Below, piece after piece: positions 22,593 to 34,135 of a DNA stretch of 64,000 bases. Every line of letters begins with the position of its first letter. Positions within the stretch are counted from its first letter, which is position 1. Origin of the DNA: Vitrella brassicaformis CCMP3155 (lineage: Eukaryota > Protista > Chromerida); the NCBI GenBank assembly GCA_001179505.1, contig CDMY01000347.1, positions 124,001 through 188,000 on the forward strand. Reading direction: 5' to 3'. The notes under the pieces were generated by a model. It saw only the letters and a program-made list of their open reading frames with translations. It was not told the DNA's origin and did no database searches. Position numbers and translations under genes: made by a program.

Positions 22593-24690
22593 GATGAGGA
22601 AGTCTAAGCCTTCGTCCAAGAAGCGGCGAAAGGGCCGAATCGACGACAGCAGCGATGAGGAAGTCTTAGAGTCAAACAAAGAAACCTGGCGACGGCTGCG
22701 CGAGGACGTGGCAGAGAAGGAGGACGGCGAACAAGAACCGCAGACGGCTGCAAAGGCGTCTTCCGCTGACCCACTGGGGTTCAACCTCAAGCGCTCGTCG
22801 GTGACCTCCCGGCGAGCTGAGGAGGATGATTCTGACGAGGCTGCGAGGAAAGGAGAAGAGGGTCGCAAGCGCAGGGGCGGGAGGCTGACGCAGGGAGGGC
22901 GGAAAAGAGCACACGTGAGAGAACTTTATACAACTAACGCAAAGAAGGCGACTTGACAGTCAGCCAGAATTCATCCGTCTGTGTCGTCTGCTTCACGTAC
23001 AGGTATCTCGTGAAGATGGTGAGGAAGACGACGAGGACGGCGATGATGCTGATATGGACAAAGAAGAATCATCAAACCAGCCGCCTGCCGCGGCTGCTGC
23101 TGCCATGCCTGTGGACATGGATCAAGAGGAGGACGAGGCTGATGACAGGGGGGATAGGAGAAGGAGGGGGCGGGGCGGGGGGAGGAAGAGGGCCAAGTCC
23201 AAGCCGCCGGCAAGGAGGCAGAGGCGAGAAGGTAAGTCAGTCAGTCAGTCGGTCAGTCAGTCAGCAGGTCGGTGGATGGACCAGCGTAGGTGACGAGATG
23301 ACGTATGTATGGCGGGGTGCGAGTGGCGACCTGATGTCTGGTTGCCTGCTTGTGTGTGCATTCAGACCCAGACAACGAAGAGGACGATGAAGATGAAGAG
23401 GTCACAAGAAGACACATCCGCCCCTGGTGCATAGGCTGACGTGCCTGTGTGTCTGTTGTTGCCTGCAGGACGACCTGCAGGTTGCCATGGCCATGTCACT
23501 CTCCGAAATGCAAGACTCCGACGGGCAGCCGAAGCCCTCTTCGTCGGCAGCAGCAGCTGCGGCGGCGGCAGAGGCATTACCCCCACCCCCACCACCAGCC
23601 GCTCCCCTCGGCGCCCGTCCACAGCGCACCGACAACAACCAGGAAGACGACGGTGGTGCAGAGGAGTCTGATGAAGACGGTGGGATGGATTGGAATGACG
23701 AGTATAGCAGGTGATTGCAGAAATGGGAGATGCGTCATAGTGCAATGATGCGTCTGTGTGTGTCTTTAGGTTTGTTGATTTTTGGTCGGAATTGGAGGAA
23801 GAGTGCCAGGAGGCCATAGAGAAGGGCCGCATTACTGTCAGCCATCTCCGCCCGCACGCAAAGCAGATTCGACAGATGCTGCAAGCAGCCAAAAAACATC
23901 GCAGCAGGAAAGGTGAATGTGGATGATTAGACCTATGTAATGAGACGTTCGCTTTGTCTCCCTCTGTCTCTGTCTGTGTAGCCTCGATATTTCCCGTATC
24001 ATCACCCGAGGCTCCCTTTCTTCCTCCCTGCCCCACACGCCAGCCCCGCAAATCCAGCCCTCCCCCGTCTGCTTCAGCTACAGCCGCCGCAGCTGGAAGA
24101 CCATCTTTCCGTCGCTCTTCAGCTATGGCCGCTGACCTCAGCGTCCTCGATACAGATGAATACAAGTTTGACTTCGGACCATACAAGGACAAGTACTTCC
24201 GCGAGGTTTGGACGTTGAGCGACGAAGAGATGGGCGTTGAGGCGAAGTATGACAGCGCAGGGAAGGGGTTTGTGAAGTGGATGATGAAGAAAAATAGTCC
24301 GAGCGGGCCGATGGGGAAAGCCATGCGCAACTTCACTGCTTGGTACAAGGAATGGGTCGAGCTGAGTGGGGAGATGGAGGATCGGGAGCTGGTGACCCTT
24401 ATGAACAAGGGGAAGCAGCACTTGCAGCAGGGCATCGTTTGTCCATCCTACTGGAGCACGATGGGCGACAGAAAGGACAGCAAAGTATCAGACACGCGAA
24501 CAAAGCTAAGAGTGCTCGGCCAGCTCTTTGAGTGTGAGCTTTGTCTGTTTGTGCGCAGGTATGGGTGAAGGACGAAGTATTGTTGTCGAGTATTCCGGAG
24601 GCTATCAAGGGCACCGTCCTTCATTGCACGTGCCCTGGCAGCCACCTTTGCCGCGACGCAGAGATCTTTGGTGTGCATCCACCCCATTGA
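22593..24690 (+). CDS. Low-complexity acidic protein with a ubiquitin-interacting motif and a C-terminal FGxYK-type domain
   Basis: UIM-like DDLQVAMAMSLSEMQ near 23466. In-phase splicing links 23449-23710 to 23770-23912 (RFVDFWSELEEECQEAIEKG), then 23981-24484 (YKFDFGPYKDKYFREVW...GFVKWMM), then 24559-24690 (VWVKDEV...LHCTCPGSHLC). The start codon is uncertain. Confidence 0.6.
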
Positions 24691-25067
24691 AGCCTCCTCC
24701 CCTGATCGAGCAATTTTTAAAACGTCCCAAATGTGCCCAAAAATATTTAGAAACCGGCAAACCGGCGAAAAATATTCAAAAGAATTTAAATAAATAAAAA
24801 ATCGGGGAGAAATTTTAATAGTTTTAGGCGATGACCGGGGGGGCGAGGGGGGGGGGCGGAAAGGCGATTTTGAGACTTGTTTTAGCCATTGAAAACACGT
24901 TTAGACCCCCTTCACTTCGCCGCCTCCAAACCAGCCATCTCTATTTTAAAACTTCGCAAACCCCTCAAAAAATCAGAGGAGTAATTTTAAAAAATCTCAA
25001 ATAAAAATGGAAACAAGGGAGCAATTTAAAAAAATTCAAATCAAAGGGAGGAGGCTTCAACGGGGTG
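24680..25067. mobile_element. 388-bp non-autonomous DNA transposon (MITE), probably hAT-like
   Basis: Left TIR CACCCCATTGAAGCCTCCTCCCCTGAT (24680-24706) versus the reverse complement of the right end, CACCCCGTTGAAGCCTCCTCCCTTTGAT (25040-25067). The 8-bp flank TGTGCATC is identical on both sides (24672-24679 and 25068-25075). The interior is AT-rich and non-coding. Confidence 0.9.
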
Positions 25068-25499
25068 TGTGCATCGCATTGAGAATATGCTAGATCTGTG
25101 AAAGATTTCACAGAGGGCCGCTGCCAGCGATGGAGGCGCTTGCTGTACGGTGTGTCAACAGACGACACGCTGTTTAATATTATGACGGTCTCGCGAGGCC
25201 CCTGTATGGGCTGCAGTTCCCTGTCAGCGACAACGATAACTGTAAATCACCAAGAGACGCAGGATTGTTTGACCGGGCAACGCGTACCACTTAAGTGTGT
25301 CTCCACATCGAAGTCCACACATAATAAGGCGAGCTGTTCCATATTCTCGCGAGGCAGCGAATGGCAGCTACCCGTGGAACTGACCGTCATAGCTGATTGT
25401 GCATGCATTGAAGCTTTGGCGGACAACTATTGATGACTGTATCTCTCATCATGCATGCGGAAGAGGGTCTACAATGGTTCCGTCTCTGGTTTCGATACC

Positions 25500-28400
25500 T
25501 CAAATCGACCGAGCTCTTTTTTTGGACGGCTTGGCACGAGGCAGCGGGTATTTCTCTCTTGTTGCGCGACTCAACTTTGTCAGCCGCTCAATCTCGATCT
25601 TGAGAGTGGTCGGAAATTTCTTCTTCAAGTCTTGCCTCGAGTATCGCCGGAGAATCCCCAAGCCGTTCCCGTCGGTCACCCGTGAGAACACCACAAGCTG
25701 GCCGAGACAAATGTTTGTGTTGCTGACCCATGCGGCTGGCCTCAGATCGATAATCAGGCGCTCTTTTATTGTAGACTGCAGCTTCCAGAAGGTCAATGCG
25801 CTGGCGCTGATTATCTACAGCTGCGTCCGTCGGACGTTATATTTGTGCTTCGGAATTAGCTTCTCCTCGTCTGGTGACGCGGGGATTTGTGAGGGCATCT
25901 CGATAGTGAAGGTGTCGGTGTGAAGAAAGACCGACATGAGAGGCTTTCCGGACGGCGAAAACGGCACGCCGTCGATAGGAGCGTGGTCCGCCTTCTCCAC
26001 GTCCATGAAGACGCACAGCGGCAGCTCGGTCGCGACAATGATGTCGACCGGCCGGTCGGACACTGTTGCTGTGTGCTTGGAGAAGAATGCGGAGGGACTG
26101 AAAGCGGCCGAGTGGAAGGTCGCCTGGCTTCCATTGTTGATGTCCAGCTCTGTCGCATCATTGCACGTGAGCAAGTACTGCTGATCTCGGATGAGGGCCA
26201 AAATCTGCGGCATGTTGCCGGTCTTGATCTCAAAAATCATGGACAGGTGCCTGTGGAGCTCGCGAGATGGCCGTTTCTCCTGGCTGCGTTCAGTGATATC
26301 CATATCATCGGCCACGCACAAAAGAATCGGCTTCTGTTCTTTGTCGGCGGCACAGAGGGCACTGATCATCGCCAGAGGGATCCGCAGCTCGGCCCCCCAC
26401 ACGCCAATGGGTGCGGTCTGCCATTTGGGGTCGGTCATGTCAATGGCGCTTCCAGGCCCGCCAATAACGCGTGTCTCCAGCCATCGTTAGTCCTCTTCAG
26501 TGAGCTTCTCATTGTGGAACCGCTCGAGGAACGCCTGATACCTGCGGCCGCTCTCCGTCTGCTTGAATCGCATCCCATCCTCGAGAAGCACGACGGTATC
26601 GAAGAGGGTCTTGTACAGCCGTACACCTGCAAGACATCACCATGTCTCATCTGTCCCTGCTCTGTTCAATGCAGTGCTTTGTACCCTCGGAAGGCTTCGT
26701 CGTCTTTGCATACAGCGCTGTCCCCCCGATGGGCCCAAACTGTTTGACGTCTCCAGACAAGAGAATGCTCATGTTCCCGAACGGAGGCTGGTGCTCGGCA
26801 TGCTGCTCTTCGGTAGCCCGCAGCTCACGCAGGCGAGCGTTCATCTTTTCGAACAAGCTGGCGTACAGCATCGAGTACTCGTCCACTAATAGATACCACG
26901 TTTGCTGCCACAGGACCTCAAATGACAGCTCTTTCCGCATGTCATCAGTAGAGGCACTCCCTCGACCGCGGCGGCGGTGCTCCTGCCTGTTTCTGGGCTT
27001 GTACACCTCTATTTGGAGGGCCGAGTATAGGGTCGAGCCTGAGATAGTGGAGGCAGCCACACCTGAGACAGGCAATCCGCACAAAGCGCAGCGCAGATAC
27101 GCAGCCCCAGGTGGGACAAATCAAACCAACAGCAAATGGAAATCAGTTCATCGTACCGGTCATCGCAGTCTTTCGAAACCAGAACGGCCGACCGATACCA
27201 GCGAAATACAGGGCCAGCGCCTGCATTACCCACGATTTGCCGCATCCGGGGCCGCCCGCAACAACCACGTTGAGTGGCGACACAGCAGCAAAGTCCTCGC
27301 AGTCCAAGGCGGCAAAGTTGTCATTCACGTGCTTGGCGACGATACGGACGACCCGCTTCTGTTCGGGATTGAGCGTGAACTTCTCGATAGCCAACTTCGC
27401 TACTCTCAGGCGGTCGCCAGCTATCATGGCCTCAAACTGCATCGATTGAAGCCACCGTGTATAGTTTAGGGCGCCCGCTGCACTGCTGTCGCCCGCCTCA
27501 CACATCGCCAGCAGCTCGGCGTTTGACATTCCTTGGATGCTCCGTCGTTGAGGTATGCCACCGGTATCGCGCGCTGCGTGTACTGCGGCTGGCGTGCTAT
27601 CATCGACATCCATCTCTTCCGTGCCCTCTCTCGGCCCCGCCGCGGCGACGTCCGACTGACCGCTCCTTCGTCGCTGCAGCATTGCAAAGAAGGGTCTTCT
27701 GCATAGCCTTCACTGCTGCTGGGTCCTGGTTTCTCGCAACAATATCAGTCACTCCGGCATCCTGCAAAGAGACATATGCATGTATATCTCAGGCCTTTCT
27801 TTACATTAGTTCTGACTTGAGATGGCATATTGAGCGTGGCAGATGTGGACGGCCCATCGATGTGGACGTTCAGCTGTGGCGTAGTCAGGCCGAAACGCTT
27901 GCAGACGGCGTCCATGCCCTCTCTCATGTATTTCTGGCGGTCGGCGAGGAAGCGCTCAGGGACCGACAGACTGTAGTTAACACCCGCTATGAGATCCAGC
28001 TTCTCAAACAGCTCCGCACCCGACGACCTTGCAGGGCTCGTCAGCTTGTCCACCATCACCTGCGCCTCCTTCAGCAGCGCCTGGCGAGCGTCATCCTCCT
28101 CGCAAAGTGCCTCGTCCATCTGGTCCAGCAAGTCTCGCGCGTCGAACGTGGCACTCTGTTCCTCCTGCTCATTTCGAAACGCCTTGTCGATCTTCGCGTC
28201 GGCCTGCGTGCGATGAGCACCCTCAATGTTGTCGATCAGTTCGACTGTCCATCGCGCCACGGGGTCGTCGATGGATGTGTCTGCCACTCGCTGTCGATGC
28301 CACGTTTTGAACTCGTCCAGCGCGTCCTGCCACGTTCGACACAAGCCTTTCAGCTGCTTCACTAAATTGAAGCCGGTCCGATTGGGTCTCTTGGTGCACG

Positions 28401-31400
28401 CCGCATCCACCGAAACAATGGATCGCGGTGAGTGCCCTTCAGAGGGACACTTCGAGTCAGGTGAGACATCACCGTGGACCGGCAGCTGCGACTCCGCCTC
28501 AACATATGCAGCACTACAGCTGGCGTCCACGGCCTGCAGCAGCTGATCCAGGTCCGGGTCGAGCTGACAGCGCCGCTCCTGAGAGCTGCTGCCTACAAAG
28601 GGCTTGAGCAGAAGCAGCAGCTTCTTAGCGCGGTCCTCGATGGCCCCCGGCTGCTTTGAGTAGCGGCTTAGAATGGCCATACTCAAAAGGGGCACAGCCG
28701 ATTTGTCCACATCCCTCTGAATACACACATACAAATACGGAGACACGGGTTTTTGGGGCAAACCTTAGTGATTCATCCACCCACCCATACCTGTGGCAGC
28801 TGGCACTTAGTGTGCAGTGGGTGTTGCGCTGTATAGTAGAAGGCCCTGTCTTTTTCAGCCAGCAGCTCAGCGGCATCGGCACGTGAGTGTAGGCCGGCAA
28901 GCGGCGCATCTCGCTCGCCTCCGTGCTCTTGTATACGCGTTCGAACAGCTCGTGAAACAGGTAGACGGGGACCCGTGCCATTAGCAGCTTCACTGGGTCG
29001 CCTTTTTTGGTACACATGATGTCAGGAGGAACTCTTATCTCCACTCCCTCGGTCACTGGAAACAGATAGTCCTGTGCCTTACTAGACAGGACCATCGACG
29101 CTTGTCCATCGGCTCGGTGGACACGCATGAGCACTGTGTCGTCGTTCTCCTCGTCGTCGCTCACGTCGTCCTCTGTGACACGCCCCTGCCGCTCCTCAGC
29201 CGCCAAGAGCTTGAGGAAAGGGAGGGAGTGAAGGGGGTAGGTGGGGTGAGACGTGTAGTAGTCTCCATCGTCTCCATAGCCCAGCAGGTGCCACATGACC
29301 TGACACGCGGACATCTGGACGCGGGCGTTGAGGGAGTTGGTTATGTCGGTGATGAAGAGGCGATGCTGCTCGACGGCCTCTTCTGTATTTGCATAGCGCT
29401 CCAGGTACTTCTTGCAGCCCACTGCGACGATCGACACCAAGTCGTGCAGCTTGATATCCATCTTGGAGCTGTAGTTGGTGAGCTGCAGACAACACATACA
29501 AAGACATGGCCGCAGACAGAGAAAGTGAATAGCTTCAGAGTCCGGTCACTTACATAGTGCACCAATGCATACACCCGATCCGCAGTCAGGAGCAGGAACT
29601 TTATTTCGTTGTTCGACCGGATGGCGACCGTGACATACGAAGAGTGGCCGGTCGTTCAGCGGTGGTGGCGACGGAGGCGAATGATGCCGCACTTGGTGAT
29701 GGTGATGGTCATGTAGATCATCTTCTTTGGCATGCTCAGGCGGCACGGGATCAGGGCGCTCAGCTTGTTGGCCTCCTCCTTTAAATTGAGTGCCTCTCGA
29801 CGAAGGGCGTCGTTGTTGGCCGTCTCGGCCTTCGCCAGGTCCCGCAGTCGACTGTTGTAGTCGCCCATAAGCCTCTTGATCTTACGCATTACCTGCTGCC
29901 ACTTGAACTTGTTGCTCTTCTTGATGTACGACATTGTGTGCTTCTTGGAATGCAGCAGGCTGCGACACGCCACGGCCATGAACCGGCGGCTGAATTGGAG
30001 ATTGAGGTACCCGCTGTCCTTGCTGTCGGCCAAAAAGATGCGTCCAATAAATGTGGCCGGATCCACATACTCTTTGGACTGCTCGACGTCCAGCCACGGG
30101 TCAACATCCATGGTGCTGTTGTCGCTGGTCTCGTGGCCGGGGTAGTACAGCTTGATGACCAGCTGTTTCTTCTGTGTCGTTGTCAGGGGTTCGAAGAGCC
30201 GCTTGGGGTCCGGATCGCTGAGGAAAGCGTCCTCCGCCTCGACAGCCTTGGAAGCTACCTTTGGAAACCCAATCACGTGCTCGTCATCGGCCGGCCCCAC
30301 AAACTCGTCCATGGTCTCGGATGGGGTCGACGATTCAACGCATGAGCTCACACTACCATAGGATTTCACGCTGAGGGGCTCCCCGTCATCGTCCGACTCC
30401 AACTGAGGGGCCCAGAATCCATCGTCGCCCTTAATAGACACCTCATCATTCACACTTCGCATGTCATCCTCCACGTGCAGAGACGGCACAGGGGCATTCT
30501 TGGCAGCGTCGAGGAGACGCTCGACGTCCTCAAAGTGCATCTCAAAGCCGAGTGAGACGCGGCCGTACCACAGCGACTTCACGTCCAGCACGGCATGCTG
30601 CTCGGGCGTCAGCTTCGTATGAAGCTCGAACTCATGCACGTCCTCGTGAATAGTGGAATCCAGCCACTGCTCCAGCTCGTGACAGAACTGTCGGTCAGTC
30701 ATCTTCTTTCGTAGCTCCCGTGGAGAGGGCGCCCCCTCCAGGAAGTCCAGGTGGTGAAAGTAGAGGATTCCACGCCCCTGGCTCTCTGAAGGGCCGATCG
30801 ACGCCTTGCACTTGCCGCTGACACCAGGCCGGAGGTCCAAAGGGCGCCGCAATAGACACGCAAGGAATGCCCGCACGCAGATGTTGAACATCTCTGCAGC
30901 CGCCGCGGGGTTGCGAGCCGCCATCTGGCGGCAGCGCTGGATGTGCTTGTTAAGAGGTGGACACTCGTTCAAGTCAAACACCTGCTCCTTGCTGAGCACG
31001 CCCAACTGCAAGCGAAGCGTGCTCTCGAGGTCGTAGAAGTTTCGAGTCGAGAAGAGCACCGGCAGACCGAATCGTACAATGTAATAGAGGATCTGCTGGC
31101 GGGCGTACTCTTTGGCACCTGACGAGCCCGGGACCCCACACAAGACCGTCTTCACCTGTCAAGCCAACCATACAGAATACAGACAGTTCTCAGATAAATG
31201 CTAAGTTTCGTTTTTCAAGCTTCTCACGTTGGCCATCTATTTTTGAAAGTCCGCGTCTTTCAAAGCGTAGGGCAGGTTGATCGTCGCCAATTGCTGCGCT
31301 CGCTCCATCCATTCCTCCAGACTGGCAGGATGAATGTGCGAAAGCAGGCCACGCCGTGCCGGCTGTCGGATATATAGAGAGGCCGCTCGATTGATCTCCT

Positions 31401-32100
31401 GCCGCTGGAGCATGTTAAAGACCAGAAACTTGAATACCTTGTGCTCGCGCACGTCAGGGTCCCACTGCTGTATCAGCCACTTTGCATGCTGCCTGAGAAA
31501 CACGCGCTGGCTGCCCTTGCGGTGCCCCCCTCCTGGCGCACCCTGGCCGAACGGAAACAAGTCAGGAAAGCAGTCGACAAAGAAGTGGGGGTTGTTGTAC
31601 TCGCTGAGGAGGCCGTCGATATGGTAGTTAGCAGGAATGAACAGATTTCTTTTTTTCCCCGTATCCACAGATATTTCGGTAGTATGAGCCAACCAAACTG
31701 CCAAAATCGTCTCTCTTTATCCACCTTCACACCTAGCGATGTCGCCGTGAATTCATCGCGCCGTGCTGTCTTTGAGGCTGGCAGCGGCTTGTCACTGACA
31801 ATGCTCGACGCGTCGTTCATCAAGCAGTCATCGCCGTCCTCTTCCTGCTCTCGACACCCCCCAAAGTGTGTGAACTCCTGCATGGCGCGGCGAGTCCGCT
31901 CCGATGGCGCCAGGTCGTCGCCCTTATTGAAGATCATCCCAGAGGTGGTAACACAGACCTCCTCGCGATCCTCCATCGACACATCGTACATGTCTCTGTG
32001 TCGCCGATTGATGGTGTCGTCCTGCGAGGTTCTCCTCGAAGAGGTCCGACTCTGCTGCAAACTCCAACCACGGCCTGGGCACCTCTCTATGTGAGGCCGC
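25500..32100 (-). pseudogene. Inactivating lesions in the Helitron RepHel ORF
   Basis: In-frame stops inside otherwise conserved blocks at 31237-31239 (DFQK*MAN), 29656-29658 (RRHHR*TTGH), 26487-26489 (TEED*RWL) and 25815-25817 (RRTQL*IISA). There is an apparent frameshift near 32030-32040, and the first His of the HUH motif is read as Tyr. Confidence 0.8.
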
Positions 32101-34135
32101 ATCCCCACCAGATGCCGACAACTGTGGCAGCTTGATCACGCGCTTGGGGTCGACCCACACCTCGTCCTCAGCATACCGATAGCAATTCCCTTGCAGAAAC
32201 TCCATCAGCGGCGTTATTGTGCTGCCGTCAACACCCAGCATGTGCCGGGCGTGTCTCTTGATGAAGTTGGAGTCCGCCTTCTCGTTCGGGCGTATATAGA
32301 CGATACGCATATAGCGACTCATCTGATGAACGTCACGGGGCAGGATTGTCTGAATCTCGTGATGCAGCCGATCGATGTCTTGCGGGACAACGAACACGGT
32401 CCCAAACACAGCCAACTGGCGGTCTGCATCCAAGACAACACCACTACCGTCCCCCGCCGGGTACAGCTTGTAGATGCAGTGAAAGAGGATAGCCTTCAAC
32501 ACCAACAGCAGCTCACCTTCGGTCCGCTCGGTCACGATCTTGACCTCTTTGCAGTCCATCGGGCCGCGCCACAGACCGTTAGCCAAACTGAGCCGCGGGC
32601 ACATCTTCACTGTCGGCCGCGTCAAGTGGCGCATGCATTGGATGCAGATGGTAACCGTTTCGTCCTCCCACCGGATGGCGGCCAGTTGCAGTGGCGTCCC
32701 GTCGAACTTGGCCATCACCGGGTGCTCGGGATACCGTTCGGAGTAGGTGAGCGCCCTCACACACAGCGCGTCTTGAGGATTTGCCGGGTTGGGACGGTCG
32801 TCATCGCGGAACTGCAGAAGGTGCGCAATGTTGGTGAGCGCCTGCAGATCGATGCGAATGACTTTGTCGGATGAAATCTCATTCAGCGTATCCGGTATGA
32901 ACTGGGCCCGGTCACGACGCTTCTTCTCACACTGAGCAGCCACAGTAGCTTCCAGCCTGAGGCGCTTATAGCGCTGCCACTGCTGCTCGGCGTCGTTAAT
33001 GCACCGGTGCATATCCGCCTCGCCCAAAGATTTGCCCCTCTCGCTGAAGGTGCAGCGGAAGGCGCGACCGCACACCACACAGGGGTGCTTGACGTGGCGG
33101 TAGTGGGCGGTGACTTCAGCGTACTTGTTGGCACATCTATACAGCACCACACAGGAAGTAACACAATCTCCTTCTTTCCACCACACCAGCAGTTCCTCAC
33201 TGAGTGAATACTCACATGCAGGCGTTGTCGTGGGCGTACACCCATGGTGGGAACTGAGCATCTTCATCGCTCTGTGCCGCCTGCACAGTGTCGCGACTTC
33301 TCGCGGAGGGCTCAGAGGGAGAGAGCCCGAGCGTAGTAGCTCCCCACACCTCACCACCTTGCATCCCCTTCCCGACCTCCGGTTCCAGCCCTGCATCCCA
33401 GAATACGCCCTTGTCCCACAGAAAAGACCCCCATGGGAAGCGGTCGATGAACTCCTGACGCACCTGTTGTTCTCCTTCATCTGCGCCTGCTGGTGTGCTG
33501 AGGTGCTGCTGTTCCTCTCGCTGGTGCGCAGTGTGTCGATTCTTTCCGACAATTGTGCCGTCAGACGTTACCCACATGATTCCCCTGAGCAAAGAAGTAT
33601 TCCCTTTCTCTCGATGCGCTGTTGTGCTGGGGTCCCTGCTGCTCTGCTCGTGGGTGTCAGAGGCCCCAGCACAGCGAGTGAGTAAATCGAAGCACCTCAG
33701 CGGACACGTGGTGCTGCTAGGAGTGCTCGGCGTTGACGTGCTCTCATCTGAGGATCCTAACAACGCCTGAAAATACCATGTCCCACTGTAAGTCAGGCTC
33801 CCTCCCTCCCTCCCTGCCCACATCCTCTCCAGCTTACCTCCTGGCCGTCTTGCGGGCCATGGCGGCGACATAGACAGAGACGTCTGCAAATGTATGTTTG
33901 AAGGTGCACTTGTTTTGAGCTTACTTGAGGGCTCCTGACGGCGATGACCAGGGGGAGCAGCCAACTGCACGATGCAGCCAGCCACCACCCACAAAGGTCT
34001 GCACATGTATTGACGGATGTCATATTCGGGGTTACATACCAGTCGGTGTTGCTGCAGCTTGGGGCGGGTAGATGGCCGCCGAAGCGGCCATGTGTGCGAA
34101 GGGAAAGAGAGGAAACATAGAGGAGACATGAGCAA
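25500..34135 (-). mobile_element. Helitron Rep/Pif1-helicase (RepHel) coding region, spliced and decayed
   Basis: From 5' to 3' on the minus strand: CVVCG...CIQC and CPRLSLANGLWRG (N-terminal Helitron-associated region), CFPDLFPFGQG...FKFLVFNMLQR, VPGS...RFGLPVLFST, ARNPAAAAEMF, the Rep HUH region QGRGILYFHHL, RSNNEIKFL...ALVHY|LTNYSSK (YxxK-like), and KLLLLLKPF. Pif1 motifs follow: GGPGCGKS, MTG|VAASTISGSTL, VDEYSM, GDVKQFGPI, NDATELDINNGS, RRTQL and VFSRV. Confidence 0.93.
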
